Counted from the first letter of the stretch, positions 38,602-48,704 are shown. The stretch is DNA of 64,000 bases from Nitrosopumilaceae archaeon (GCA_965203465.1 CBDBCR010000003.1:704001-768000); one strand, 5' to 3'. Notes: generated by a model from the letters alone, not told the origin. A program made the numbers and translations.

Positions 38602-39529
38602 ATGGGCAAACGCGGCGGAAAACTTACGGCGGCCAGTCTGTTTTCCGGAGCCGGCGGACTGGATCTGGGCTTCGAGCAGTCTGGAGTCCGCGTCGTCGTG
38701 GCCAACGATTCGTGGGACATGGCGCTGGAGACATACAAGACGAACAGGGACGGAAAGACCGAGGTGCTCGTGGGCGCGCTGGAAAAACACGCGAACGAGA
38801 TCGCCTGCTTGGCGCAGAACGCCGACATCGTGTTCGGCGGCCCCCCGTGCCAGGACTTCAGCCAGGCCGGATGGAGGACCGGGGACGGGCGCAGGGCCGA
38901 CCTCACTTCATCGTTCGTCAAACTGGCGCTGAAAATACGACCCGAGTGGGTCGTCATGGAGAACGTCAACACCATCATGTCGATCGGCAGGCGCCACGCA
39001 GAGTACGCGATCAAGGCGCTGGGCAGGGCCGGATACACGGTCACTACGAGGGTGCTCGACGCGGCCGACTTCGGGGCTCCCCAGTACCGCAAGCGCTTCT
39101 TCCTCATAGCCCGAAAGGGCTCGCACAACATGCTCGGGCTCGCCGAGTCCATAGAGAGAGAGAGAGAGAGCGCCGCTGACCGTCCGCCGGTACTATCCAG
39201 CCATAAGCCGCGGAGCCCGGGGCACTGAGTTCTACTACAGGCATCCGTGGAGTTTCGAGCGCCGCGCCATATTCAGCGTGGACGAGCCCAGCCCCACGAT
39301 ACGCGGCGTGAACCGGCCGATCCCCCCGAGCTACAAGATACACCGCAACGACGCGACGGACGACCTCGGCCTGGTCAGGCCGCTCACCACCGAAGAGCGC
39401 GGCATATTGCAGACGTTCCCGAAAAAATACGAATTCGTCGGGAACAAGACGGAGCGGGAGCAGCAGATAGGCAATTCGGTTCCGCCGGTCCTCGCCAAGG
39501 CGGTGGCCAGCGCGATCGTGAGGATGTGA
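38602..39529 (+). pseudogene. C5 cytosine methyltransferase (M.HindV-like), frameshifted at an (AG)9 tract
   Basis: SLFSGAGG, GGPPCQDFS, VMENV and PQYRKRF; after the tract, in the +1 frame, YYRHPWSFERRAIFSVDEPSPTIRGVNRPIP...LQTFP...IGNSVPP. Confidence 0.9.
39153..39170 (+). repeat. (AG)9 simple sequence repeat
   Basis: agagagagagagagagag located exactly at the frame break of the methyltransferase. Confidence 0.95.
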
Positions 39530-39530
39530 C

Positions 39531-40514
39531 ATGGCCGACGAAAGCCCTGAACTGTTCGGCATACACCGATCCAACGTAGAGTCCATGATGAGCAAGAACA
39601 TATTCACCACGTTCTTTCCCGTGGCGACCGCGCTGTACTTGTCGAGCAAGGGGCGGCCGGTCAAATACCTCCGCCTCCGCGACGGCGATTTGGACATCGA
39701 CGAGATTCTGTTCGAGCGGGCGATAGGCGTGGATTCCGGCGACCTGCGGCGCGTCGAATGGAACAGTGAGATACACCCGGACGCATTCGCCAGCAGCCCG
39801 AACGCGCCTCCGATGGACATGGTGCCCACCTTGGACGGGGAGCAAAAGCTGGAATTCGAGGTCAAACTAACCGTGGTGCCTACGTTCAACAAGAACAAGA
39901 CTACCGAGCTGATAGTGCGTCAAAACACCGAATTCTCGCTGGCCGAGAGGATGGCGTACAGGCACCACGACTTGGTTGACGTGCGGCCGATAACGAACGA
40001 CACGCTGCGCGGCGCGATTCGCGACGAGAGCCGACAGCTACCCTTCATACTCCACGGATTGTGGAAGACGGAAGGCACCAGCATGGTTCTGGACGAGATC
40101 AACGCCACCGACGCCTATTTCATAAGCGACTTTGCGTATCTGAAAATACTGCTGGACAAGTACGACCGGCACCCGCGCGAATCATCCCGCGTAGGCAAAG
40201 TGGTGCGGCTGATACGCAGCTGGATAGGGTGTTATCTAGAGAGCGGAAGCATGCGGTACAAGGAGGACAGGGCCAACGTGGAGCACCTGAAGGTCACGAT
40301 TTATCCCACCGAACACCAGAAAGACCTGCAAAGAAGCTACGAAAACCTGCGCCTGTCGGTGAAAGACCTGTGGAACATAGTCCCCGACGATTCCATACGG
40401 CGAATGTCCCCGGAAAGGAGGCTCGACGCGGCCATGTTCGTCAACTGGATGATACAGACGATACTTAAGCGGGAAGAGTCGGCGGAAGCAAGGGACGGCC
40501 GAAGTTTCACGTAA
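39531..40514 (+). CDS. Type II restriction endonuclease, HindVP-like
   Basis: PELFGIHRSN, KNIFTTFFPVA, EVKLTVVP, PFILHGLWKTEG and SPERRLDA; starts 1 nt after the MTase stop. Confidence 0.75.
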   Translation: MADESPELFGIHRSNVESMMSKNIFTTFFPVATALYLSSKGRPVKYLRLRDGDLDIDEILFERAIGVDSGDLRRVEWNSEIHPDAFASSPNAPPMDMVPTLDGEQKLEFEVKLTVVPTFNKNKTTELIVRQNTEFSLAERMAYRHHDLVDVRPITNDTLRGAIRDESRQLPFILHGLWKTEGTSMVLDEINATDAYFISDFAYLKILLDKYDRHPRESSRVGKVVRLIRSWIGCYLESGSMRYKEDRANVEHLKVTIYPTEHQKDLQRSYENLRLSVKDLWNIVPDDSIRRMSPERRLDAAMFVNWMIQTILKREESAEARDGRSFT

Positions 40515-40609
40515 AGCCGCCCGTCAACGAGGCCACGCGGCGAATATCACCAGTCCTATGGCGGCCACGACCGCCGCGGCGGCCAACTCTTTCGCGTGTT
40601 CGAGCGGGA

Positions 40610-40975
40610 TCATTCCGCCTTCTCAATGGCGGCGTAGTCTACCTCGTTTATCTTGACGATCCCGCTCGCGAGGTACGCCCCGTAATGGTACGGGTTCTTT
40701 ATGATCGACAGCGCGTCCAGCAGGCCGCCTATGCTCACGGGCTTTTTCATCACGCGGACTTTGCGCAGCGGTATGTGCTCGTCTTTGACTTGGCCGGCCG
40801 CGACCGCCGTCGCTATGAACGCGCGGCCTTCCTTGCCTCCGCGGTATACGGTGAACCTATCCCCGTCCCGGATATGCTTGACGTGCGGTGTCCGTGGGTT
40901 CACCGGCCACGAGGCCCCGCGCAGCCGCTTGTCTATCTCCGCGTCCGTGTCGTTCACGACCAGTATGTAGTCCAC
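40610..40975 (-). CDS. EVE/PUA-like domain protein
   Basis: W.VNPRTPHVKHIRDGDRFTVYRGG...FIATAVAAG...LSIIKN...YGAYL.SGIVKINEVDYAAI. Confidence 0.75.
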   Translation of the reverse strand: MDYILVVNDTDAEIDKRLRGASWPVNPRTPHVKHIRDGDRFTVYRGGKEGRAFIATAVAAGQVKDEHIPLRKVRVMKKPVSIGGLLDALSIIKNPYHYGAYLASGIVKINEVDYAAIEKAE

Positions 40976-41283
40976 TGGCGGCGGACGGCAACCGAGTCGG
41001 TTTAAGCTTTGGGCTCAGATCGCGTGCCTAGCCGGGGCTACCCCACGAATTGGAAACAGTGCCAATCGGTTCGGCGCCCCGGAATCCGGCCCCTAGGCAC
41101 GGCCTCCGGGGGTTTTGGACAGCCGGGGAGCCCGGCGCGGGGCCTAGCCCGCCCGAGCGCCCGAGCCGAGCCGATCGCCCACGGGCCCCCGGCTCACTCC
41201 ACCAGCTCTGCCCCGTACAGGCGGGCTAGGTCGCGCCTCCTGGTGCGGAACTTGGTCCGGCGGTTCCCGATCCCGCCGGCCTC

Positions 41284-42400
41284 GTGAAGGGCAAGTCGCT
41301 GGGGCCCGTCCCCTCCGTCGTCGCGTGCCGGTGGAAGCAGGGCAACAGAGGCGGCTCCATTCGGGGCATACTGAAAGATGTCTTCGGCCTGAGCATGTGC
41401 AGGGCCGCCGTGTTGCACGTCATAGGGTCGGTGGCAGACGAGCTCACAGAAGAGCACGACAAGATAGTGGAGCAGGCGAGCGAGCGGTGTGAGGGTGGAC
41501 GACGAGACCGCGATGGGGCACACGTACCGCAACGAGCCCGTATCGGACGCGCCTGACGAGTCCCCCGAAAAGCCGCGGCCGCGGTGACCCGCAGCTCCGA
41601 TCCAGCACGACAGCTGCGGGCTAGGCAAGGAATGTGACAAGCTGCAATCGCCGTAGCGCCCCGCAGATCCGATCCAGCACGACAGGGCGATGCCGTCCCG
41701 AACCGCCCCGCCCGATCCGGTCGGCGGATGTACCAAGCGCAGGCAGGTCTACGCGTGGGGGCTCGTGACCCTCACGTTGGTCGTGGTGCGCCTGGCCTTG
41801 TCGCGCAGCGGCGCGATATTCGTGGAGCACTTCGAGTACAGGATCAGGGCGGCTAACACGACCGACGGGTACGTAGTCTACGACGTGGTCCTGGTGCGTC
41901 AGCGGTACTTTGCGCACATTCTCCGGGACGCCGAGCAGATGTCGTGGTCGAAGGAAAAGTCGGACGTAGAACAGCACGGGCGCCTGCTGGGCATCTACTC
42001 CGAGGCAAAGTCGCTCTGGCGCCCGGGCGGCGCGCTGGCAGGCCCGCGCGCCCGCGAAAACTACGCGAGGCGGGTTTCTGCCGCCAAGGAGCTGGCGGGC
42101 GAGTACAAGAAGGCGGGCCGCGAAAAGTTCGGCGGCAAGATGGAGCGCGCAGTAGATCAGCTCTTCGTGTTCATCCTGTATCCGGGCCTGGATCCGACCA
42201 ACAACGCGTGCGAGCGCGTCATGAAGTCCGTGGCGAAGCAGCGCAACGTGCGCCAAAAGTGCGCGACTGCCGCGGCCGCGCCAGGTTAGGCATCCTGATG
42301 ACGTGTTTTGAGACGGGGAACAAGCGTGGCATCTCGGTCATGGACAAGCTGGACGAGATTCTGGGCGTACAGCCCGCCCCCGAATATGTGCAGATCCTAT
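41284..42400 (+). pseudogene. IS66-family transposase remnant
   Basis: DET, TTDGYVVY, RQR.FAHILRDAE and DPTNNACERVMK..AKQR; several frameshifts and an intervening insert with a GATCCAGCACGACAG direct repeat. Confidence 0.75.
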
Positions 42401-42747
42401 TGAAGATTCCACGTATCTGGCGCTGCATCAAACACTATCTCTGTTCCTTTGATGTCTGATTTCTCCATGGTGTGGGAATCAAGCCTACCGTCGCCCACTT
42501 TGCATACAGCAACCAAGCCGTCGTTTTTTGGTATAGTGAAGCGCGTTACTTTGATCTCGGAGATCTTGATGATCTGTTCGTTTTTGTCATGATCCACATA
42601 CTCTATCGTGGTGTTTGGTGTGTCTGGTACCACAAACCACTCATTGTCAATTCCCCCGTCGCTGATCTCATACACAAGACCCTTGCCTTGTCCTGTTGGT
42701 AATCTCAGGCGCTTGACCTCGATCCCCTTCGGTAGCACGATATGCAT
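42397..42747 (-). CDS. Hypothetical protein, low GC
   Basis: 116-aa ORF in an AT-richer patch; no motif recognised. Confidence 0.5.
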   Translation of the reverse strand: MHIVLPKGIEVKRLRLPTGQGKGLVYEISDGGIDNEWFVVPDTPNTTIEYVDHDKNEQIIKISEIKVTRFTIPKNDGLVAVCKVGDGRLDSHTMEKSDIKGTEIVFDAAPDTWNLQ

Positions 42748-43077
42748 GGCAGGGCTTCCAGAAGCCGGCGTATAACTGTATAGTAAGTTATAGGAGTGTA
42801 GACTCAGGTCGATTTGACTGCCGTGGCTAGGCCGCTTCGGCTAGGCACGCGCGGCGTCGCTACGCGCGGGCTCGGCTCCGTTGCGCGGCGAAACGGCGTC
42901 CCGAGCCGCCGTCCGGCGGCGGATCGTCCTAACTGCGGCCGGGTCGGAGAACAGCCCCTGTTTGCGGCGCGCCTCCGGCAAGCCAGAGCCCCGCTTTTCC
43001 GCGCGCGCGGCAGGCGGCGTCGATCCCGACCGGCTGGCTCGGCATGCGGCTGCCGCGCTCCGGTGCGGCGCCGCCCG

Positions 43078-44973
43078 TCAGAGCGTGGCCTGCGCGTGAC
43101 GCGGCTCCCTCTTCTGCATGGCCACCCGGGTGGTGTCCATGATGGACATTACCTTGGGGCGCACGCCTGCAAAGTACTCCCCGACGGTGTAGATTTGGAC
43201 CTTGGGGTACGTCCCGTACTCGGTATGGTACACCCCGGCCTTGGCCGCCGCCTCGTACATGCCCCGGGACGGCTTTTCGAGGCAGATGAAGATCCCGAAC
43301 GCCGCCTTGCCCTCCATCGTCCCGGCCAGCTCCCTGACCATGGACGGATGCAGGTTTTTGCCCCCTTTTACGGACACCACGACCGTCTCGTACTTTGGGT
43401 TGCCGTCCGGGTCCCGGACGAGGATCTGGCCGCTGCCGTCTACGCCCCCGTCGCCGGTCTGCTTTTGGTTGGGGTGCACGTTCGGTATCAGACTCACGGC
43501 CCACGTCTCGAACTGGAACTTGTTCTGCCGGGCCAGCATCCGCGCCGATTCCGGCGACTTTGGTATCCCGCGTATGTCAGGCCGTATCTTGAACTTGTCC
43601 GACAGCCTTTTCGCGACGAGGTTTACGGCCAGGTGCGTTATGTCGATCCCCACCCACGACCGGTTCAGCCTCTCGGCTTCCATTACCGTCGTACCGCACC
43701 CGCAGAACGGGTCGAGCACCGTGTCGTCCTCGTCCGAGGACGCGCGGATGATGCGCTCTAGCAGCGCCTCGGGCTTTTGCGTGGGGTACCCGACGCGCTC
43801 GTTTCCCTGGGCCGGCAGCACGTCGTCCCAAAAGTCCCCGACGTTCTCCCCCGCGTAGTCGTCCTCGTACACCTTGCGGATCAGTTTCCTGGAGCCGTCC
43901 GGCCTCTCGACGATCTCAAAGTTCCCCTTGCGGTACTCTTCCTCCAGCTTCTCCCGGGACAGCCGCCAGCCCGAGGGGTGCGGGTTGGAAAAGCCCTTCC
44001 ACGTATAGCACAGGTTGGGCCGCGCCCCCATCCCCGGCGTGCTCCAGATGTGCGAAGAGTCGTCCATCCACCGGCGCCCGTCGGGATCCTGCTTGCTGAA
44101 TTTTTTGCGCCTTTTTTCCTCGGTCAGCGGCGCCTTGGGGGGGTTGAACTTGGCGCGCCTCGCGTCCTTTGCGTAGAACAGGATGGTGTCGCGGTTCCGC
44201 CCGAACTTTTTTGCCGCGTGCTGGCTGCCTTTTTGGCCGGAGGTCGCCCGCTTCCACGTTATTTCGTTCCTGTAGTTTTTCGGGCCGAACACGGCGTCCA
44301 TCACGACTTTGAGGTAGTGGCTGGCCGTGGGGTCGCAGTGCACGTACACGCTGCCGCTCTTTTTGAGGACGCGGTGCAGTTCTAGCAACCGTATGGCCAT
44401 CGCGACCACGTACGCGAACAGGTCGTTCTTGCCCACCGCCTGCCTCAGGCCCAGGACCACCCCGCCTATGCGCGTCCCTGCCAGGTAGTCCAGCGTGGCC
44501 TCGGATTCGGCCGTCCACGACCACGTGTCTTGGAACGCGAGTATCTGGGCGCCGGACTTTTTGCCGTCCTTGTTTTTGAAGATCATGTTGTAGTCGGCGT
44601 TGGAGTTGAACGGCGGATCGAGATATATGAGGTCGACCGACTCGTCTCCGACGTGCTGCCTCAGTACGTCAAGGTTGTCGCCGTAGTACAGTAGTCTCGA
44701 CCTGGCGTCTCGACCTGGCGTCTCGACCTGGCGTCTCGACCTGGCGTCTCGACCTGGCGTCTCGACCTGGCGTCTCGACCTGGCGTCTCGACCTGGCGTC
44801 TCGACCTGGCGTCTCGACCGCTGTGATCGGTCAGCCCGTTCTTTGGCAAGTGCCAGAGGCCGTTTTCCGGACTCCGCGCCTACCCGCCGTCCGAGCCTGC
44901 CCTCCAACCCCGCGCCCCGGGGCGGCGCACTATTATGCGTATCTGGCCAGATGTTTGAAATGTCCCCACTCAC
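43078..44973 (-). CDS. N6/N4 DNA methyltransferase (beta class) fused to a C-terminal Mrr-like endonuclease domain; start uncertain, 5' region contains a 13-bp array
   Basis: LYYGDNL, IYLDPPFNS, GYPTQKPEALLERII and VLDPFCGCGTT, then QFETWAV...GDGGVDG...VSVKGG. Confidence 0.85.
   Translation of the reverse strand: MSGDISNIWPDTHNSAPPRGAGLEGRLGRRVGAESGKRPLALAKERADRSQRSRRQVETPGRDARSRRQVETPGRDARSRRQVETPGRDARSRLLYYGDNLDVLRQHVGDESVDLIYLDPPFNSNADYNMIFKNKDGKKSGAQILAFQDTWSWTAESEATLDYLAGTRIGGVVLGLRQAVGKNDLFAYVVAMAIRLLELHRVLKKSGSVYVHCDPTASHYLKVVMDAVFGPKNYRNEITWKRATSGQKGSQHAAKKFGRNRDTILFYAKDARRAKFNPPKAPLTEEKRRKKFSKQDPDGRRWMDDSSHIWSTPGMGARPNLCYTWKGFSNPHPSGWRLSREKLEEEYRKGNFEIVERPDGSRKLIRKVYEDDYAGENVGDFWDDVLPAQGNERVGYPTQKPEALLERIIRASSDEDDTVLDPFCGCGTTVMEAERLNRSWVGIDITHLAVNLVAKRLSDKFKIRPDIRGIPKSPESARMLARQNKFQFETWAVSLIPNVHPNQKQTGDGGVDGSGQILVRDPDGNPKYETVVVSVKGGKNLHPSMVRELAGTMEGKAAFGIFICLEKPSRGMYEAAAKAGVYHTEYGTYPKVQIYTVGEYFAGVRPKVMSIMDTTRVAMQKREPRHAQATL
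44694..44819. repeat. 13-bp tandem repeat GTCTCGACCTGGC (about 9.7 copies)
   Basis: Perfect array abutting the first conserved MTase codons. Confidence 0.95.
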
Positions 44974-45010
44974 GGGGACGGCTCGGATCCGGCCGCGCGT
45001 TCGCCTGTGC

Positions 45011-45397
45011 CTAAACCTCCGACGAGGCGAGCGTCTCAATCCCGTGGTCGCGCGCCACTTCCGACATGTCTCCATCGTCGGTGACTATGGCAAGCCCGTA
45101 CTCTTTTGCGACTACCACGTACGCAGAATCGTAGAATGTCAGCTTGGTCTTCATTCCCATGGTGGCCGCTTTCAACTCCATTGTAGACACGTTCATTACA
45201 TACATGTCTTTGATCAGATTCGTGTAGGTGTCTAGCAGTTTGAGCATGGCCTCTTCGCCCCTGCCAGAGTTTTTACACGCAGCGTTGCCTAGCTCGTATT
45301 GTGTTAGATCTAGCACCGCCTGGCCCATTAAATGCCCGCGTTGGGTTTCCCGTAGCAGTATGTTGAAAAACGCGCTAGCGTCGTAGAGCCTGTCCAT
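45011..45397 (-). CDS. vapC: VapC-like PIN-domain toxin
   Basis: LYDASAF, YELGNA, LTFYDSAYV and IVTDD. Confidence 0.85.
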   Translation of the reverse strand: MDRLYDASAFFNILLRETQRGHLMGQAVLDLTQYELGNAACKNSGRGEEAMLKLLDTYTNLIKDMYVMNVSTMELKAATMGMKTKLTFYDSAYVVVAKEYGLAIVTDDGDMSEVARDHGIETLASSEV

Positions 45398-45398
45398 G

Positions 45399-45893
45399 CT
45401 ACCTCGAGTCTCGCCCTTCCCGCACCGCCCGTACTACGTCTTCTTTGCTTATTTTTGATCCCAGTGTGTTGCGGATCCATTCCAAGTCAGACTCCATCTC
45501 CCTAGTCTTGCCTTCGTCAAGCGCGCGCTCCCTGGCGCGCTCGCGCGTCCGCAGTTCGTAAAGGAAGTTGACGCGGTTTTTGAGTATTGCAAGTTCCGCT
45601 TTCAACGGCGCAGTTTCGGCGTCAGATACCTCTCTGATCGCCTCCTCCAAATACCCTCTGCCATGCCGTGACATGCTGACGAGCCTTAGGGCGAGCACCA
45701 GATCGCGTAGATCAAACTGAGGCGACGCGTCGTATCGTTCTGATTCCGATTGTGCTCGGCCAAACGTCTCCATGAAGCCAGACCAAATAGGATCAGGTTG
45801 CATAGGTTGGAACTTGTCTAGAACGAGATCAGGTTTGAATGGCTTTGCTCCGCCGTCCAGCTCGTGTTGCGTACGTTTGTCTGCGAGCGTCAT
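45399..45893 (-). CDS. Probable VapB-type antitoxin with an N-terminal extension
   Basis: C-terminal ISKEDVVRAVREGRDSR, typical of archaeal VapB tails; lies 1 nt before vapC. Confidence 0.55.
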   Translation of the reverse strand: MTLADKRTQHELDGGAKPFKPDLVLDKFQPMQPDPIWSGFMETFGRAQSESERYDASPQFDLRDLVLALRLVSMSRHGRGYLEEAIREVSDAETAPLKAELAILKNRVNFLYELRTRERARERALDEGKTREMESDLEWIRNTLGSKISKEDVVRAVREGRDSR

Positions 45894-46297
45894 CTCGTGT
45901 CACTCCCGGCAGATGTAGAACGCCCCCTCATAGGAAGCTTCGAGGCGCGTCTGATCTGGAATGTTGTGGCGGAAAACCGCAAGTCTTCGAGAATGTCGTA
46001 CAGTTTTTCCTTGTCGCCTTTGTAGTTTGACATCAACTTGCCTAGATTTCCTGTTATGTTGCGAACCACGGCTTTTTTGTCATCTTCTGGAACGGCGTGT
46101 CGCTGAAATACATTATTTACTTGGACGAAAACGCTCTCGAGTGTTTCTGCAATGAAGACGCCGCGCTTGAAGTCCAGCAACGTGCACAGGCGGGTAAGAT
46201 CCGCGGCGGTCAGAAAACACTCTTCCAGTTTCGAAAGGCCCGAAAAAACTATCATGTCCTGCAAATGCTCTTCGAATGCCTCGTACACGTCTTTCAT
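45890..46297 (-). CDS. Hypothetical protein, first gene of a 3-gene TA-like operon
   Basis: ATGA overlap with the next gene; predicted helical 135-aa ORF; TTTATCA upstream. Confidence 0.6.
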   Translation of the reverse strand: MKDVYEAFEEHLQDMIVFSGLSKLEECFLTAADLTRLCTLLDFKRGVFIAETLESVFVQVNNVFQRHAVPEDDKKAVVRNITGNLGKLMSNYKGDKEKLYDILEDLRFSATTFQIRRASKLPMRGRSTSAGSDTR

Positions 46298-46767
46298 GCA
46301 TGCATAGCCACGTCAGACTGATAAATACGTTGCCAGGTAGCCCTATGTAAACGATCAGGTCGAGGAATAGACTAGTCACGAAAAAGCGCCACGTATGGAT
46401 CGGGCCGTGCCTAAACGCAAGCCCGATCTGGCCGGTTACACCCGTATGCGGGATGCCGGAGGCACTTACCGCCTGAAGGCACCGACGGGCAGATCCTACA
46501 CGAGACCGGTTCTGGGCGCATTCACGCTCGGGGCAGAACCTCCCGGGCAGGGGTGCAGCCGTCCCTCTGGCTGGGCAGCTGCCGCCGACTGCCTGCGGGG
46601 GCCGCCCGTCGGAGCCCCGCCGCGGGCGGCGGCGCGCGCCTCTGGCATGCCAGAGCCCTGCCTTCCCGCGTGCGCAGCAGTAGGCCCCGGCCAGTTGCCA
46701 GAAAGTGCAAAGAACCTCCGGCTAGGCAGGCGCAAGGCCCGCAGAACCTGCGCCTTTGCAGAACGCG

Positions 46768-47670
46768 TCAGGCCGGGGGCCAGTCCAGGGCGTACGCGCC
46801 CACATCTATGTCGTTCTGCTTGCCGCACTTTAGGCGGCTTTTCCGGTCGTCTACGTAAATGTCCACCGTGTTTTTCCCCTTGTTGCGCAGTATCAGCGGG
46901 CCCAGAAACCCGGAGGGGAACAGGAAGGGCCTCGTCCTCTGCAGCAGCACGTACAGGTTCGGATCCCGCTCCTCAAACATCCTCATCAGGTCGTCCCTGA
47001 CGGTTATCTGCCAGCCCGAGGGCTTTTCGCTGGCGGACACCGAATAGACGGTCCGCCCGTCCGGACACTTTACCCACCTGCCTTTCTTGTAGCCGGCAAA
47101 GCCGTTCGAGCCGAGCAGCGCCATGGTTTCCTCGTCGGTTAGCGCCCTGCTCTGCTGCGCCTCCTCGGGGACCTGCTCCAGGTACCCGAACTTGTGCAGG
47201 ATGAAGAACATCTCCTCGCGGAACCGGCTTATGGTTTCTTTTTGCTGCAGGTTGGGGCGCGAGCCGCTGCCCGACGCGTTGACCGGCCTGTACTTTCCGA
47301 ACCCCTGGAACGCCCGGATCAGCTCGGCTTCCAGGCTTTTGCGCACGGTGCTGTCGCTGAACCTGGTGGTCTGGACCGGGCGCCCGTCCCAGATCACCGC
47401 GACCTTGTCGAAGGCGTGAACTCCCCCCTTTACGGGCGGGCCCCCCTTGCGGTGCTGCGATATGCGGGACTTTGCGTTTTCCGTCTCCCCGATATACACC
47501 GTCTCGGCCTCGTCGTTTACCAAAAGATACAGGCAGGCTATCTCGTCGACGTTCTCGTCCTTGAGGTGGATCTCGGCCACGTCCCTGTCCGACACCGTCA
47601 TGACGAGGCAGTCCCCTATCACGCGCCACAGGGAATCGGAGCAGTGCTCGTTGTACGTGTATCTTTTCAA
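46768..47670 (-). CDS. GIY-YIG nuclease (putative cognate restriction endonuclease)
   Basis: CLYLLV...VYIGETEN..SRISQH...LEAELI...N; its TTG start overlaps the MTase stop (TTGA). Confidence 0.75.
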   Translation of the reverse strand: MKRYTYNEHCSDSLWRVIGDCLVMTVSDRDVAEIHLKDENVDEIACLYLLVNDEAETVYIGETENAKSRISQHRKGGPPVKGGVHAFDKVAVIWDGRPVQTTRFSDSTVRKSLEAELIRAFQGFGKYRPVNASGSGSRPNLQQKETISRFREEMFFILHKFGYLEQVPEEAQQSRALTDEETMALLGSNGFAGYKKGRWVKCPDGRTVYSVSASEKPSGWQITVRDDLMRMFEERDPNLYVLLQRTRPFLFPSGFLGPLILRNKGKNTVDIYVDDRKSRLKCGKQNDIDVGAYALDWPPA

Positions 47671-48486
47671 CCCGCCGCCCCCCCGCGCAGCCTGGCCTGC
47701 ACGCCACTCACCCGCCTCCTCGCTATCCGGGCGTACTTTGGGGACACGTCGCAACCTATGAAATTCCTGCCCCTGCTCTTTGCCATCTTGCACGTGGTGC
47801 CCGAGCCGCACATCGGATCCAAGACCAGGTCGCCTTCGTCGGTCCACGACAGTATGTGCTCCTCCGCGAGCCGCTCGGGGAACACGGCCGGGTGCTCGAA
47901 TGCGTACCTGTCGCTGGTGGTACCGCCGAGGCCGACCGCGTACTCCCAGATGTTGGTCCGCGTCTTGTATTCGTTGAGCCGCGCCTTCACCTTTCGGTTG
48001 AGCGCGTCGGGCCCCTTGTTTGCGACCACGCCCTCGACGCCGCTGCGCGCGGTCTTTTCGGTCAGCGGGTTGAACGTGCGCGGCTTTCCCTTCGAGAGGA
48101 CCAGCATGAACTCGTAGCAGTTGGTGTACGCGTTGCTGCGCATGAACGGGGTGTTCCTTTTTCTGTATATCATGACGTCGTGCACGGCGAAGCCGATCTT
48201 TTGGAAAAAGAGGGCCTGGCGGAAGCTCGTGAGGCTCCGGCCCCCGTTAATCCTGTCCCCTATCACCCATACGACGATCCCCCCCCCCCCGGGTCACGTC
48301 GTAGAGGGCCCGCGCCGTGCCTTCAAAGTCGAATTCGTACCCGTCGTAGTTGCGCAGGTCGTCGTACGGCGGGGAGGTCACGGTGAGGTCGACGGAGCCG
48401 GGCCTGACCCGCTCGCGCATGAACCTGACGCAGTCGCCCGTGTAGATCCTGTTCTGCGCGGCGTACCGGGCCGCCGTGTCGGCCAT
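47667..48486 (-). pseudogene. N4-cytosine methyltransferase (SPPY, beta class), frameshifted at a G12 tract
   Basis: IYTGDC..VDLTVTSPPY...VTR-(G12)-IVVWVIGD...HPAVFPERL...VLDPMCGSGTT. Confidence 0.9.
48279..48290 (-). repeat. G12 homopolymer (C12 on the + strand)
   Basis: Located exactly at the MTase frame break. Confidence 0.9.
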
Positions 48487-48704
48487 CTTTACCGGCCCCC
48501 CGGCGCGCGGCTCGAAACTGAATCGGCCGCATCGCGCTTGCGCATGAGCCGCCCGGCGGGAGGGCGGTTTTAAGTCTTGGTTGTCGGGCCCAGGGCCCGT
48601 TCAACGGTATCCTGCGCCCGTGTTTTCGGCCTGCCCTAGGATACTGCCGATCTAGATCTGGTGGGGCGGGCCCCCATCACGCAGACCGTCTGAATCGCCG
48701 CATT

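Larger units (their letters stand above)
36930..41063. mobile_element. IS6/IS26-like unit transposon carrying a type II R-M system and an EVE protein
   Basis: About 42-bp imperfect TIRs: GGCACTGTTGCGAATTC...TAGGCACG versus GGCACTGTTTCCAATTC...TAGGCACG (15/17 identical at the tip). Single DDE transposase; no TSD seen. Confidence 0.8.

Noticed and set aside
36920-41072. Target-site duplication around the cargo transposon
   Set aside because: The flanks GATCGCGG and AATCGGTT do not match.
46395-46760. Structured ncRNA or TnpB omega-RNA in the intergenic region
   Set aside because: GC-rich stems are expected by chance; no tnpB/tnpA or recognisable RNA motif is present.
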